From: Hemiscyllium ocellatum
Taxonomy: Eukaryota
Reading direction: 5' to 3'
NCBI RefSeq assembly: GCF_020745735.1
Contig: NC_083422.1
Coordinates: forward strand, 9,982,001 to 10,046,000
Length of the DNA: 64,000 nt
Positions 1 to 13,945 of the stretch are shown here, in pieces (the stretch's first letter is position 1; every line of letters begins with the position of its first letter). The notes beneath the pieces were generated by a model that ran no database searches, was not told the origin of the DNA, and worked only from the letters and a program-made list of their open reading frames with translations. The position numbers and the translations under genes are program-made.

Positions 1-667
1 TAAAGCTATCCCAGCTCAACACAACTTTGCAAGAAATTCTTCACAGCTCCCTTTGGACCCTTTTGACAGGAAAGGAACTAATTCAAATTTAAAGCATTTT
101 GTCATTAATTAAAGCAATTTAAGGCAAACATTAAAGAGAACTTTCAATTTGTAAAATGGAGCAAAGCTTCATAATACATGGACATTTCACCATAGGCTTG
201 TAGTTAATCCTGAAAACTTCAATAATTCCACATTCTCTGCGGTACAGAGAGAGTGTTAAAGCAGGATCCTGTTGGCCAGGACAGGTGGGTACACACTAGG
301 CTGCATTTCTATGTGAACAGGTATGGTGAATTATTCAGAACGGTGAACTCGCCAAGATTCTCCCCACCAAACAGGTAGATTGACTGGTTATTCGTCTCAC
401 TTGCTATCTATGAAACCTCCCTGGGCACTACTTGCTTTTGCATATGCCCATGGTCAACTGTTTCCAATGCGATTGTTTAGATGCAAAGAACTTCTGCTTT
501 AAAACAAAGGGTGCAAAAGGCAGAAATTACACCACATTTTTAAAAAATCCGCATCTTACATAAGAAGAGCTGGGAAGTGGGTTTAGGCTGGCTAGCACTC
601 TGCTGATCATGGATACAATGGGCTGAATAGCCTCCCTCCATGCCGTAGATTTTCAATTTATGTTCTA

Positions 668-2400
668 ACAATTATAGGCCAATGATGATCCAAAGGGTTT
701 TGTGTCTGGCTTTGAAAGGGAAGTCGATAAAGGATGGGGAATTATAGACCAGTGAGCTTAACCTTTGTAGTGGGGAAGATGGTTGAGTCTATTATAAAGG
801 AAGAAATAGCAGTACACCTCAAAATACGTTGTCCCATTGTACAGACGTAGCATGGATTCATGAAGGGCAGGTCATGCTTCACAAATCTTTTGGAATTCTA
901 TGAAGGCATTTCAAGCAAGGTGGACAACAGGGACCCAGTGGATGTGGTGTACCTAGATTTCCAAAAGGTCTATTGACAAGGTGCCGCGCATGAGGCTGCT
1001 GTATAAGATAAGGATGCATGGTGTTGGGGTGGAGTATTAGCGTGGCTAGAGGATTGATTGACTGACAGGAAGCAAAGAGTGGGGATAAATGAGTGCTAGT
1101 TTGGCTGACAATCAGTGACTTGTGGTGTGCCTCAGGGGGTGGTGGTGGGACCATAATTATTTACAATTTATGATTAGATTAGATTACTTAGTGTGGAAAC
1201 AGGCCCTTCGGGCCAACAAGTCCACACCGAACTGCCAAAGTGTAACCCACCCAGACCCATTCTCCTACATTTACCCCTAACAATAAGGGCAATTTAGCAT
1301 GGCCAATGTTTTGGATTGTGGGAGGAAACTGGAGTACCCGGATGAAACCCACGCAGACACGGGGAGAATGTGCAAACTCCACACAGAGAGTCGCCTGAGG
1401 CGGGAATTGAACCCGGGTCTCTGGCGCTGTGAGGCAGCAGTGCTAACCACTGTGCCACCATGCCGCCCACTTTTTGGAGTTGGGGACCATGTGTACAATG
1501 TCAAAGTTTGCCAATGAGTGGCAGAGCAAAGTGTGCGGAGACTGTGAAACTTTGCAGAGGAACATAAATACATTGAGTGAGTGGGCAAAGGTCCGGCAGA
1601 TGGAATACAATGTTAGTAAATGTGAAGTCATCCATTTTAGTAGGTGTAACAGCAAAATACATTATTACTCGAATGGTAAAACGTTGAAGCATGCTGATTT
1701 GCAGAGGGACCTGGGTGTCCTTGTGCCTGAATCATAGAAGGTTGATCTGCAGGTACAACAAGTAATTAGGAAAGCAAATGGAATTTTGTCCTTCACTGCT
1801 AAAGGGGTTGAGGGAGGTTATGTTACAGCTGTACAAGGTGCTGGTGAGGCCATACCTGGAGTACTGTGTGCAGTTTTGGTCTCCTTACTTAAGAAAGGAC
1901 TGGCACTGGAGGGGGTGCAGAGGAGGTTCACTGGGTTGATTCTGCAGTTGAGGGGGTTGGCTTATGAGGAGAGGCTGAGTAGACTGGGATTATATTCATT
2001 GGAATTCAGAAGAATGAGGGGGGATCTCACAGAAACATATACAATTATGAAGGGAATCAATAAAATAAAAATAGAGAGGATGTTTCCACTGGTGGGTGAG
2101 ACTAGGACAAGATTAGAGGAAGCAGGTTTAGAATTGAACTGAGAAGAAACTTCTTCACCCAGAGGGTTGATAATCTGTGAAATTCCTTGCTCAGGGAAGT
2201 AGTCAATGCTACTTGAGTAATCGCTTTTAAAGCTAAGGCAGATACATTTTTGAAAACTAAAGGAATGAAGGGATATGGTGAAAACGTGGGTAAGTGGAGC
2301 CGAGTCCACGATAAGATTAGCCACGATCCTATTGAGTGGCAGAGCAGGCTTGAAGGGCCGGGCGGCCTACTCCTCCTCCTAGTTCTTATGTTATATGTTC
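668..2400 (+). mobile_element. CR1-type LINE, decayed ORF2 RT region and 3' end, interrupted by an HE1 SINE at 1172-1470
   Basis: Decayed CR1 RT motifs ([55 protein letters not shown]) and a 3' tail 'cctactcctcctcctagttcttatgtt'. Confidence 0.9.
1172..1470 (-). mobile_element. HE1-type V-SINE (tRNA-derived) with an internal deletion
   Basis: Minus strand reads GGCGGCATGGTGGCACAGTGGTTAGCACTGCTGCCTCACAGCGCCAGAGACCCGGGTTCAATTCCC (A/B boxes), then the V-domain and a (TAATC)n tail. Confidence 0.92.
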
Positions 2401-2749
2401 CTATCCCATTGGTGAACTAAAGCTATCCCAGACTGTGAATAAACATGCCCTGTATTGTCGTGATGACTAAAGTGCTGAGTAATGCCAAGGAGCTGCCCGT
2501 TGGTTGGGTTCTAACCTTTGAAATAGACGTACAGCAACACGAATGGTTGTGAAGCTAAGGCCAAGGGCTCAGCTGCCTGGAGAGGCAAGCTGGGCTTCCA
2601 CAGAGCATGTTTTACAAAGGTACCTTATGCAAGGACCTGGATTAGACACTTGTTAACATGTAGGTTTGATTTGCAGCACTGAATACCTTCAAAACATAAA
2701 ATGGCCACAGCACAGGAGGAGGCAATCCAACCTGTCCGGAGTGTGCTGG

Positions 2750-2868
2750 CCCTGTGAAGGAGTAATACTCCTGGTACCCCTCACTGCCCCTGTGAAGGAG
2801 TAATGCACCTGGTACCCCTCACTGCCCCTGTGAAGGAGTAATGCACCTGGTACCCCTCACTGCCCCTG
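2750..2868. repeat. 38-bp minisatellite, 3 copies
   Basis: ccctgtgaaggagtaatgcacctggtacccctcactgc starts at 2750, 2788 and 2826; the first copy has 2 substitutions. Confidence 0.95.
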
Positions 2869-3784
2869 CAACCTCTTCCTTTTCAGGTAATGACCCAAAT
2901 CGCTTCTAAATCTGACCTTCACTCAGGAAACAAACCCAGCCCGTGGCAGTGAAAGGACATCTCATAATCCTACACTGGTTATTCCCACACATCAAACCCA
3001 AATGCTGAGCAATTTACATTTGCATAGCATCTTTTAGAAAGACATTCCCCAATAGCTGATAGTCAATACAGCCAATGAGGAAACTCATGCGTGGGGTGAT
3101 TGCAATTGCCAAGAGAAGAGTCTAACAAAGACTATCGTATACGTTTCAACTTCGATGTCTGCCTTGATTGGACAGCAGAGAGTTCAACTCTCTCAAAACA
3201 ATACAGGCTAAACAACTGGCTAACCAAAAACCAACAAAGAATGCATACATGTTTTCTTTCTCCAAATTAACTAGTCTGTGTGTTAATGAACTGTGTAAAA
3301 ACAAGTTGAGTTCTGAGTCCCAAGATTCTAATTTGGGCCAAATTCTTTTGGTTCAGATTCATTTAACATCACTTTCTCCCAACATGTGTTCAAAACCTGA
3401 CTAAACAAGTCAACTGAAGAGAACATCCTGTTCACATCAAGATCTTTGTTCATTCATTCGATTTTTCAACAATACACAGACTTAATTAGATGGGGGAAGA
3501 GTTGTCTCCTTGATCTCAATAATAAATTGACTTGTGCGAAGTCCCTTTATCACCCTGAAGCCACTAACCCAATTATTTTCATAGGAATCAGTTAGGACGT
3601 TGGGAAGGAACATTGATACGGGAGACTATTCAGCCTTTCAATCTCTCCTGTTCAATTAGATCATGGCTGATTCAACTTGCAACTTCATTTACTCACCTTG
3701 TTTCGTATCCTCAAGACCCCAAGCAAGAATAAGTCCATCAATCTCAATTTTGACGTTTGTGATGACCCACTGCCTCACCAGTAG

Positions 3785-3813
3785 TTTTTTTTTTGGGGGG
3801 GGGGGGGGGGGGG
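3785..3813. repeat. poly(T)-poly(G) homopolymer tract
   Basis: A T run followed directly by a long G run. Confidence 0.9.
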
Positions 3814-4039
3814 CGGAGCTCGAGATGTCCATGATTCTTTGTGAATGGTTTCTGACAACAGCCCCAGCCATAGTTTTCAGGATTCCCTCCCTTGGTCTGG
3901 ACTACGTTGCAACAGAAAAAGTTGCTCTCCATTGAGTTTACCATCTGAAATCATCTTAAATACTTCACTGAGACCATCCTTTACATTTCTATTTTCAAAA
4001 GGTATACAACCTGTGATCATAACTTAAACAATCAGGCTC

Positions 4040-4797
4040 CTTTTTAAGCACAGCATCACTTTCTAAACTCGAGGTAAATCAGGGCAGGACCCTTAATGGT
4101 AAGGTCCAGGGGAGTATTGCTGAACAAAGAGACCTTGGAGTCCAGGTTCATAGTTCCATGAAAGTGGAGTCACAGGTAGATAGGATAGTGAAGGCGGCAT
4201 TTTGTATTCTTGATCAGTGCATTGAGTATAGTAGTTGGGGAGGTCATGTTGCAGCTGTACAGAACATTGGTTATGTCACTTTTGGAATATTGCGTTCAAT
4301 TCTGGTCTCCCTGCTTTAAGAAGGGTGTTGTGAAAAGGGTTCAGAAAAGGTTTACAAGGATGTTGCCAGGGTTGGAAGATTTGAGCTATAGGGAGAGGTT
4401 GAATAGGCTGGAGCATCAGAGGCTGAGGGATTATCTTATAGATATTTATAAAACCATGAGGGGCATGAATAAGGTAAATAGACAATGTCTTTTCCCTGCG
4501 GTGGTGTGAGTCCATATCTCATAGGATTAGGGTGAGAGAGGAAAGATTCAAAAGGGACCGAAGGGGCAACTTTTTCCACACAGAGGATGGTGATTGTATG
4601 GAATGAGCTGCCAGAGGAAGTGGTAGAGGCTGGTACAATTACAATATTTAAAAGGCATGTGAATGGGTACAGGAATAGGAAGGTTTAGAGGGATATGGGC
4701 CAAATGCCTACAAATTTGACTAAATTTATTTAGGATATCTGGTTGTCATGGATAAGTTGGACCAAAGGGTCTGTTTCCATGCTGTACATTTCTATGA
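4040..4797 (+). mobile_element. CR1/HER1-like LINE 3' fragment
   Basis: [44 protein letters not shown]; 3' tail ggaccaaagggtctgtttccatgctgtac. Confidence 0.9.
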
Positions 4798-4957
4798 TCA
4801 AGTGCAATCCAAGGTTTACCCTGAAGAAAATATAGAATAAATAGTGCAATGTAAATCTAAAATCTAGTCGATATACAGTAATTATTTGTTTTTCCTCATC
4901 AAGTCTCAGTGTGGCATCTGCGATTGCCCATTCTTTACCAGTGTCCTGAAATCTGGA

Positions 4958-5365
4958 TTATAGAATCATACAGCACAGAAACAGACCCTTCGGTCCAACC
5001 AGCCAATGCCAACCATAATCCCAGAAATAAACTAGGCCTATATCCCTCCAAACATTTCTTATTCATGTACTTATCCAAATATCTTTAAAATGTTGTAACT
5101 GTACCTGTATCCACCACTTCCTCAGGAAGTTCATTCCACACATGAACCATTCCGTGTAAAAAAAATTGCCCCTCATGTCTTTTTAAAATCTTTCTTCACT
5201 CACCTTCAAAATATGCTCTTGAAATCCCAACCCTAGGGAAAATCATCTGTTATTCACTTTATCTATACCCTCATGATTTTATAAACATCTACAAAGGTCA
5301 CCTCTTAGCCTCCTATGCTTCTGATAAAAAAGGCAGCCCATCCAGCCTCTCCTAATAACTCAAAC
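4958..5365 (-). mobile_element. CR1/HER1-like LINE 3' fragment
   Basis: Reverse complement of the same 3' end (tacagcacagaaacagacccttcggtccaac...). It lies tail-to-tail with the 4040-4797 copy. Confidence 0.85.
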
Positions 5366-6649
5366 CCCCCACTATAGTTTGAAACTGCTAGTTGCAGGTG
5401 AATGGCTGAGAGGTAGGCCCAATCCTCAGGCAGTTGATATAAATGAGTCCTTAAAAATTGCTATCAGTTGATCTTTCAGCTCAATATCATTTTGCACAGT
5501 AATTCTCCCTCTATGAACCTCACTGCTTAGCAAATTAAACACCCAATGGAACTTGGAACTCGGGAATGCCTCATGTAAGGAATGGGATCGAGACAATTGT
5601 TCCATTACATCAAGCTCCTGAAATCGCCTGTGGAATTCCTCTGCTAACGTCCACTGCTAACTTATGATGCTGTAAAGAAGAATATTTTGGGTACATTTGA
5701 ATTAGTTCCAGAAACTTACAGACAATATTTCAAACGTTAAGAAAACAGATTGACAAATGCCTACAGAATTTGAAAGGGTTAAGCAAAGTAAATTTGACAG
5801 ATGGATTTGAGCATTGGGAGTATCGACGGTTGCATTGGATGGAAGGTTGGCTTGAATGATGGAGTGGGCTGTGTTCCCAACTCTCTGTTGTTTCTTACAG
5901 AGGGACACATCATTGATTAAATCCTGCCAATATGAGCACATTCCGAAATGTGGCCTCTACCTTCGCATCCATTCCATCCCCAATCCAAAACATTACATTC
6001 AATCTTGTGCTCACATTTTTGTTCATTTTCTCTTGTTTGAAACCTTGTTATATGCCATGTGTAAGGTATTCAGAGACATGCTCTTGTCTACCAGGTTAAT
6101 TAACATTTCAAAAAAAATAATCCAACCGTACTTATAAGTGTAACTTTCCCATTACACTCACTGGCTCTCTCTGATCAGTTTTTAGTTGTTCAGTCAGTTT
6201 GTAACAGATTTTGTTAGCAGATAGCAACAAGGACGTTGAGCAACAGGGGACTTAATAAAAGCATTGCCCATTTAAATCGGCCAGCTGCTGAATGCACAAA
6301 TTAAAATATATTGAAAATATAGTCTTCTTTAAAAAAAACCCAAAAGCAGACTAGTAGCCAAAGTATGCCTGTGATGTGGCAGTGTGTAACAATTCTTTGG
6401 AATTATAGCAATTCATGTGATTTAGTTGCTATTTTTTCAGTTTCAAGTAACTTTGCTTTTTAAACATTCCAATAACCCACAAACAGTTGTCCAAAGAATG
6501 AGAAAGAAGCTTCAATGGATTTGTTGGAAATATTAGGTTCCAGCAATAGTTGCTCACTCAAATAGTTGTCTGATGGAACACAGACTTTCCATGGGACATG
6601 AATAGTGTTGGCAAGGATGCAGTGTGCTCCCCCTCAACAGAGTGGCTTT

Positions 6650-6810
6650 CTTGAGGCCTTTCAGAGGGGCATTCAAGAGTTACCTCAATTGTTGTGGGTC
6701 AGGAGTCACATGTGGGCCAGACCAGCTGAGGACAGCAGATTTCCTTCCCTAAAGGATATGAGTGAACCAGATGGGTTTTTATGACAATATATTGTAGTTC
6801 CACAGCACTA
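6650..6810 (-). mobile_element. Fragment of the second tRNA-SINE family (same as 52058-52670)
   Basis: Reverse complement matches aaaaacccatctggttcact..cctttagggaaggaaatctgc..tggtctggcc in the 52.5 kb copy. Confidence 0.7.
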
Positions 6811-7099
6811 CACTGAGATTACTGACGATGAACCTGTGTGCTGAGAGGGACCTGGCCTTCAGTTTTCTCATTCAGTGACAATGCTGTCAAACTATTCTCC
6901 CCCCTCCTCGCCAAATCCCCTTGCTGGGGAAGAGGAATTGCAGATGAATCCTCAATGCTGCCACTTTGGCAGTATGTTTCAAACCACTTCGCTGCCTGGA
7001 TTCCCTGCCTGCTGCCAGTGTGTGAATGGCTGAACAAATCCAAAGGTTTTCAAACCATTATTTTTCATCTTCACAATCGCAACAGGTCCTACTGTGAAC

Positions 7100-8150
7100 T
7101 TCAGCTTTATGCTGCATAGCATTCAGGTGCTAAAGCAGTCCATGTCCTAATGCATCAATACCTGGACAATAAGCAGAGTTAGGGGAGAAAGTGGCAGGTA
7201 ACATTTGCACCACACAAATGCCAGGCTATGACCAGAGCAGCATTGAATCCCTATAGTGTGGAAGCAGGCCATTCAGTCCTTTGAGTCCACACTGACCCTT
7301 TGAAAAGCATCCTCCCCAAACCCTTTCCCCAACCCTCTCCCTGTAACCCTGCATTTCCCATGGCTAATGCACCTAACCTGAACATTTCTTCACATTACGA
7401 GCAATTTAGCATAGCCAATCTACCGAACCATCTTCAATAAGAAACAATCTAGCCACCTTCCCTCGACATTCAATGACATTACCATCACTGAACCCTCGTC
7501 ACTATCAAGATCCTGGGAATTACCATTGTCAGAAACTCGCTGGACACACACCATAAACACAGAGGCTAGAAGCTCAGGTTAGACGCTGGGAATATCTCAG
7601 TGAGTAACTCACCTCCTAACTCCCCAACGCCTGTCTAGCATCTATTAGACACAAATTAGGAGTGTGATGAAATACTCCTGACTTGCCTGGATGGATACAA
7701 CTCCAACAACACTCAAGACACTTAATATATCTAGGACAAAGCAACCCATCTTGATTAACTCCACATACATAAACATGAAGTCACTCCACCACCGAGGCTC
7801 AGTACATAGCTATCTCATACATACTCAGTGCTACTATCTACAAAACACAAAGAACTGTGGATGCTGGAAATCGGAAGCAAGCACTGAAACTGTTGGAGAA
7901 ACTCAGCAGGTCTGACAGCATCTGTGTAGAAAAAGCAGAGTTAATGTTTCCGGTTGGGATTGTTCACTCTGCTTTACCTGCCAGACCAGCTGAGTTTCTC
8001 CAGCAATTTTTGGTTTTGTGGTTATCTGCTTAAATTCACCAAAGATCCTCAGACAATTCCTTTGAAACCCACAACCAATACCAGTAAGGCAAGGATAGCA
8101 GATGCATGGGAACACCACCACCTGCAACTTCCCCTCCAAGCCTCTCACAG
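7100..8150 (+). mobile_element. L2/CR1-group LINE fragment with nested partial HE1 (about 7245-7430, minus) and a PLE hairpin (7840-8020)
   Basis: Similar to 61310-61990 (gtaactcacctcct.., aggagtgtgatg.aatactc, ccttgcctggatg). Confidence 0.65.
7840..8020. mobile_element. Decayed PLE pLTR-derived inverted mini-element (family B)
   Basis: tggagaaactcagcaggtctg ... ccagaccagctgagtttctcca inverted arms; related to 48003-48138. Confidence 0.65.
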
Positions 8151-8344
8151 CCCTTGTTTTGCCATTACTACTTCAACTCTGCCCACATACATTTGTGCCA
8201 CATCCCCCGATATCCTGACCTAACAGCTATCTATTGCTCTCAGTCTTGACAGTTTTAATCGTCCCCCAACATCGACAGCATTCTGCGAGACAGAAAGACA
8301 GATTTTGATTACTTTGGGCGAGTGAAAACGTGTTCTGATTTTAA

Positions 8345-8658
8345 GATTAGATTAGATTACTTACTGTGTGGAAACAGGCCCTTCGGCCCAACAAGTCCAC
8401 ACCAACCCGCCAAGGCATATACCACCCAGACCCATACTCCTACATTTACCCCTTCACCTAACACTATGGGCAATTTAGCATGGCCAATTCACCTAACCTG
8501 CACATTTTTGGATTGTGGGAGGAAACCGGAGCACCCGGAGGAAACCCACGCAGACACGGGGAGAATGTTCAAATTCCACACAGACAGTTGCCTGGAGGTG
8601 GGAATTGAACCCGGGTCTCTAGCACTGTGAGGCAGCAGTGCTAACCACTGTGCCGCCC
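8345..8658 (-). mobile_element. HE1-type V-SINE, near full length
   Basis: tRNA head, V-domain and (TAATC)n tail on the minus strand. Confidence 0.92.
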
Positions 8659-9057
8659 TCGGAGAATCCAGAACAGTGCTCATGGTACTGGAATTGTCTG
8701 GTAATTACAGACTCAGTCTCACTGTAAATAAGATAAGAGACAAATTCAGTCATTTTGTAAAAAATCTGAGCAATTAAATGGCCGTACACAACAATGCTGC
8801 TTGAAATAAAAGCTGCTCAGACAAAAAGTACATGAAATCTGTTGCCCAAAACGTCCAAGATAATTGATGCTGCAATTGTGAAAGTGTTGGTGACATCAGG
8901 GCTTCTACTGATCAGAAAATTACTAATTTAGATCAGTCAACGTAAAAACAATTGAGCCATACTCCTCCACGGGGATTGTAGCTGAACTGATGTTTGTGGT
9001 CTGTTAATGAAGAGAATTTACCCTGGAGTGAAAAAGATAGAATAATGTGGTAAGTAG

Positions 9058-9365
9058 GAGACAGTAAGGACCGCAGATGCTGGAGGTCAGAGTCAATAAA
9101 CGTGAAGCTGGAAGAGCACACCAGGTCAGACAGCATCCAAGGAGCAGGGAAGTCAGGGTTTCAAGCAGACTGCAGCGGGGGAGGGAAGCCCAGAAGTAAA
9201 TAGAGGGAGGGGGTGGGGCTGGGGAAGGGTAGATGGAACGGTGATAGGTGGATGCAGGCTGGGGGTTAGTGATACTGGTCAGTGGGAAGGGTGCAGCAGA
9301 CAGGTGAGTAGGAAGATGAACAGGTTAATACAGGTCAAGGAGCGAAGAGGAGGGGTGGGGCTAGA
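9058..9365 (-). mobile_element. PLE family A 3' end (pLTR plus purine/pyrimidine-skewed 3' UTR)
   Basis: aggaccgcagatgctggaggtcagagtc..gctggaagagcacaccaggtcagacagcatccaaggagcagg; G-rich segment similar to 44380-44530. Confidence 0.7.
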
Positions 9366-10551
9366 TATGAATTGTGAATTTATCATTCTGATAAAGTTCC
9401 CAGTGAATTGTAAGATTTCCATTTTCCACTTGCCAGCAAATTATCACTAAAGTTACAAGAAACAAGCTGGATAATAGAGACACGCTGACAGTGGTGAGGT
9501 GGTGGTTGTGGCTGGGGGAGGGGTTGGCGCTAGTGAGAATTGGGCGGGGTGGGGTGGGGAAGGTAAGGGTGGAACCAGGCAAGGGTGTGAAAGTGTTCAT
9601 GACTCAGTAAATTTCCACATGCAGACACCATCTAACAACTGATGATTGGACTCCCACAGCCATTTTACTGCATCATCAGTGAACTTTTTTGTTAGCTCAG
9701 GTAGCGCTATTTCCCCATGATAGTAACTTACTGATTTCTCGAGGCACTATGTCACACTGCAGAATGCAGATGGTCTCATCCAAACAACTGAGCTTGAGCT
9801 ACGATAGATGATAGTCAGCTTGAAGCTTCAAGTTGGTTAGTTCAGCATCTATGTCACATGACACAAGGACCTCTTGGTAATGAGTGAAAAATACACTGAG
9901 CAACGTGCAACACAATCAGGTATTTGTCTCAGTGTCCAATGTAAAACATAGCAACTTAGATATAACCTGATTTACATGGATGATTAAACTTAAAGAGTTT
10001 GCTATTTGTACAGTACAGCTCGCTAACATGCAATGTCAACTAATTAACAAGGTTTTATATAGATCAGAGCAACCCAGAACATTGAGACAATTTTCTTTCT
10101 TCCTCTTGGCTCCAATGCTTGCTGCAGTGCAGTCTCCTGGACTATTACATTATCTCCAGTGTCTTATCACAATACCTCAAGCTTCTTTGTTAACACATAA
10201 CACAGGCAGTCCATTTCATCATGAGGAACAACACAAATCTACCCCAACACTGTGCTCCCCCTACACTCTCTAAACACCTCATTTTCAGCTGGAATTGATC
10301 AGTAATCACCCGCAAAAAAAGACTTGACCACTTATGATGACGCACTACCTACATGTGCCAATTCTGTGAATTCCAGAGGGCTTGTTCACTCACTGAACCA
10401 CTGGGGATCTGAGGTGATACTGTGTTTAAAGTGAAAACAATCATCCCAAAACTGCTTTAGTGTAACATCACGGGCAACTGTTTCAACACATTCAGCTTTT
10501 TTCGGCTCTTCAGGAAAGTACAATCAGGAGTGGGTCACCTTGATCCTTCAG

Positions 10552-10662
10552 GGCAAAAGTGAGGACTGCAGATGCTGGAAACCAGAGTTTAGATCAGAGT
10601 GGTGCTAATATTTCCTGCTCCTCGGATGCTGCCTGACCTGCTGTGCTTTTCCAGTGCCACTC
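10552..10662. mobile_element. PLE family A inverted mini-insertion (no ribozyme core)
   Basis: Minus-strand tail plus a plus-strand pLTR piece; TSD tcacct[t/a]gatccttcag at 10535-10551 and 10663-10679. Confidence 0.8.
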
Positions 10663-13600
10663 TCACCTAGATCCTTCAGCCAATCCTGGATTATTGGTCA
10701 CAATTTACTGTATGATCTTTTTTATGACAAGTACTGTTACATTTGGAACAGTTTGGTGAACAAAGTAAACAGGAGAAAAGAAAATGTGTCTGTAGGTGAG
10801 AGGCTTTGGTAGGTGGGTCTTGAACCCAGACCTAATTCAGGGGTTGGGACATTACTATTGCATCCCAAGAGTCCTTGCGAGGCCTTAGGAATGCAGCAGC
10901 AAATGTGACCACAAACAGCAGTAAGATAATAACTGTTTTGAGAGATGTTCATTCAGGATTAGCTGCTTCACAGCACGCTGGGGATGATTCCAATCCTAGT
11001 CATTGCATAGAACCATTTTACACACACCCAAATGGTAACTTTAGTCTCAGGTTAACACCCATCCAAAAGACAGCATTTCAGACAGTGCAGCACTCCCTGA
11101 AGTACTTCAGCAGAGTGTCAGCCTATTGTAGGTGCTCAAGGCTCTTGAATGGGATTTGAACCCAGAACAGCCTTCGCAACGTAAGTGGCGACTTGTAAAC
11201 TTTGAGTACATGTGCCAACAAAGCTAATTCAATTCAATTCTGATGCAGAGGTGAGGTTTGCTCATTACTTTCAGTAACACAACTGCCCGAACATCGCATA
11301 CATGAACACGTTGGAAACGTTAAACCAGTCAAAACCGCACAAAAGACACTATTATTACTAATTCTTGTGTGGCATGGTGGCAGTGGCCCTACCCCTGGAC
11401 CAGGTACAAAGCCCACCTGTTCCAGAGGTGTGTAAAAATATCTCCAAACGGGTTGATGGAAAAATAGCTTTAAAAAGATGAATTATTATAATAAATATTG
11501 ATTTATTATTTGTTAAAGTCACCTGTTCCCAGCAGAAACAGGAAGCTCATTTTCACAGCAACTCTCACTCAGCCACTGCCCAACGTAAACTGTTCAATGT
11601 GACCCTGATTTTACTCAGAACAATTCTATTGGTCAGAAAGTGCTGTGAAGTCCATAAATTGATTCTGCTCTTCCAGATGGAACTACAGTACAATCCTGAA
11701 TTCTTTGACCCAAGGGTCTTTTTCGGGATTTCTCCTCGTTTCAACATCGGGGCAGTTTTGTATGAACTGCAGCAATAAGCAGTCACTTCATCGAGGCAGC
11801 CCATCTAAACCAGGCAGAAACTACTGGCTTCACCCAATTCTCCAGCAAGGCTTTAGCTTTATCTTAAAATTGTAGAATAAAAGCCCCAAAATTCCCCATG
11901 ATAAACCCGAAGCAGTCACTGCTAACTAGTGAGCTCTGTAACTGGCAGAATGCCTTCTGCATCAAGTATACTCCAACTCAATATCTTCTCCTCAGTCAGG
12001 TCGCAGTACATCCAGACAGCACCTGAGCATAAGGGACAGGGGAGATACAGAAACCAGAGTCAAGCAATGTATTTGGTCCTTGACGGTAAACCATCTACCC
12101 ACTCAGACTCACTCAGGTGCAGGATGTGATGCACTACTTTGTCAAACAGCAATGCAAAATCAGAGTGAACTCACAGTCAAGTTAACACATAACATGAACG
12201 TTTCTGCCATTTAACGATTCATAAAACAGGTTGTAAATTTGTTGTTTACCCTAACTACCAGCAACCAATTCCATCCCCATTACTCCAAGTTACAGCATCC
12301 ATCCTATTTACTGATATGTGGGACATAAGAAATAGGGGCTATTCTGCCATTTAAATCAACTTGGCCATTCAAATGAGATTATGGCTGACCTTCCGCTTCA
12401 CTAATCCTGTATTCTTTTTATGTTTTTGATTTGCAGAAATAGTCATTGGTTAAGCCTCCACTGCCCTCTGGACAGAGAATTCTGAAGATTCACCACCCTC
12501 CTTGTGAAGAAACGACTCCCTCTCCCAGCTTGAAATAACTTAGCACCCTCTCCAGCCCCAAGGATCCCTAAGATATCCCCAAATGCTTTCCCAGTGAACT
12601 GGAAGTGCAGTCATTGTTGTAACATGGAAGAACACAGTCATCAATTTGCATCCTGCAAAGGCTGACAAATGTCAATGGGATAATGACGAGGTCACCAATT
12701 TTAACTTGACTAGGACATCGGGAGAACATTCTCTCTTTTGTAATACCTTGAGATTTTCTAAACCAAGGGAGTCTGTTTAAAGTCTCATTGGAAAAGATGG
12801 TTCCTCAAACAGTGGAGCATTCCTCACTGCAGACATGTATGGTGCATACGTTCTAGGTATTAAGGGACATTGGGAAAAAGGACGGGAGAGTGGTGTTGAG
12901 GTAGGTGAGCAGTCATGATCTAGAATGGCAGAACTGATTTGAGGGACTGAGTAGCATACTTTTGCTCCTCAGTTAATCCCAAGTTTAAAAGACTTGAATA
13001 TTAGATCCAGCCATGTGGAGGGGGTCAAGAGAACTGAATGGAATTACGTGAAGAAAGCAAATAGCAATCCCCATGTAAGGTTGAATCCTCTCAAGGCTAC
13101 TTAGTGGCAGAATGAGAGTCAACAGAGTTCTATCTCCCTGCTACCTGTCTAGTTCTCTTTGCTTCTGTACCTTACACATTGATCTATTATAGTCCTTCCT
13201 ACTTGTATGAATACACACAAGCCCAAATTGGGACAAAATTGTGAATGAGAAAAGCAAAAAAGGTCAAAGAGTTGGTTCCTTAATATGATTGGCTTGTACT
13301 TATGACTGATACCAGGGAAGACAAAGTTGAGAATTAAACTGCATTGTTTTTCCAACTGACCTAATTACGCATGTGAAATGGAGGATTCACATCGAACTGT
13401 GCCAAGGATTCCATCTCAATTCCTGCAGCAATCACAGAATAACACCAATATTATCATGCTGTTGTTATGTCAGAGACAAGGCCAGATTGTTATAACTTAC
13501 TCTGACATTTACAGGAATCAGCAGACGGTGAATCCCCATCCACACTGACACAGCTAGAAGCTCTTTCTCCCTGGAACAAAGCATCGGGCCTGTCGGGGTG

Positions 13601-13859
13601 GGACATGTGAACCCAAACTGCCCCTTCAGATCCTGACAAATCGCAGCTTCTTGGGAGATCAGATCAGTTTCCAACACAATTGTGTCATGTCAATAATTTA
13701 GTGGAAGCAATAGGGAATAATTCTGAGCAAAAGAGAAGATACTTCATTTAGGATACAAAGAAAAGGGTTATAATAATATTCATGGGCAAGTGTTTACCTG
13801 AGAGATGTGCCTTTATAATATATTTCCAAGAGCACAATTAGTAGGCAGCTTTTAGAATA

Positions 13860-13945
13860 TGGAATTAGCTTTATTGTCACATGTACTCATATGAGTACAG
13901 TGAAAAGTGAACAAGTCGCCACTGATGGTGCCACCTTATGTGTAA
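13860..13945 (-). mobile_element. Very short Rex/Babar-related non-autonomous element
   Basis: Minus strand tggcgacttgttcacttttcactgtactcatatgagtacatgtgacaataaagctaattc; related copy at 11182-11240 (+). Confidence 0.55.

Noticed and set aside
1188-1588. Recurring ORFs such as LDCGRKPEHPEETHADTGR and VAQWLALLPHS
   Set aside because: These are incidental frames of HE1 SINE copies found throughout the window.
2750-2868. 38-bp repeats resembling a CRISPR array
   Set aside because: Units are directly tandem with no spacers, there are no cas genes, and the context is vertebrate.
5900-6140. Possible host exon (acceptor ttcttacag; minus-strand short ORF)
   Set aside because: The minus strand resembles a decayed CR1 RT segment, and no coherent exon is evident.
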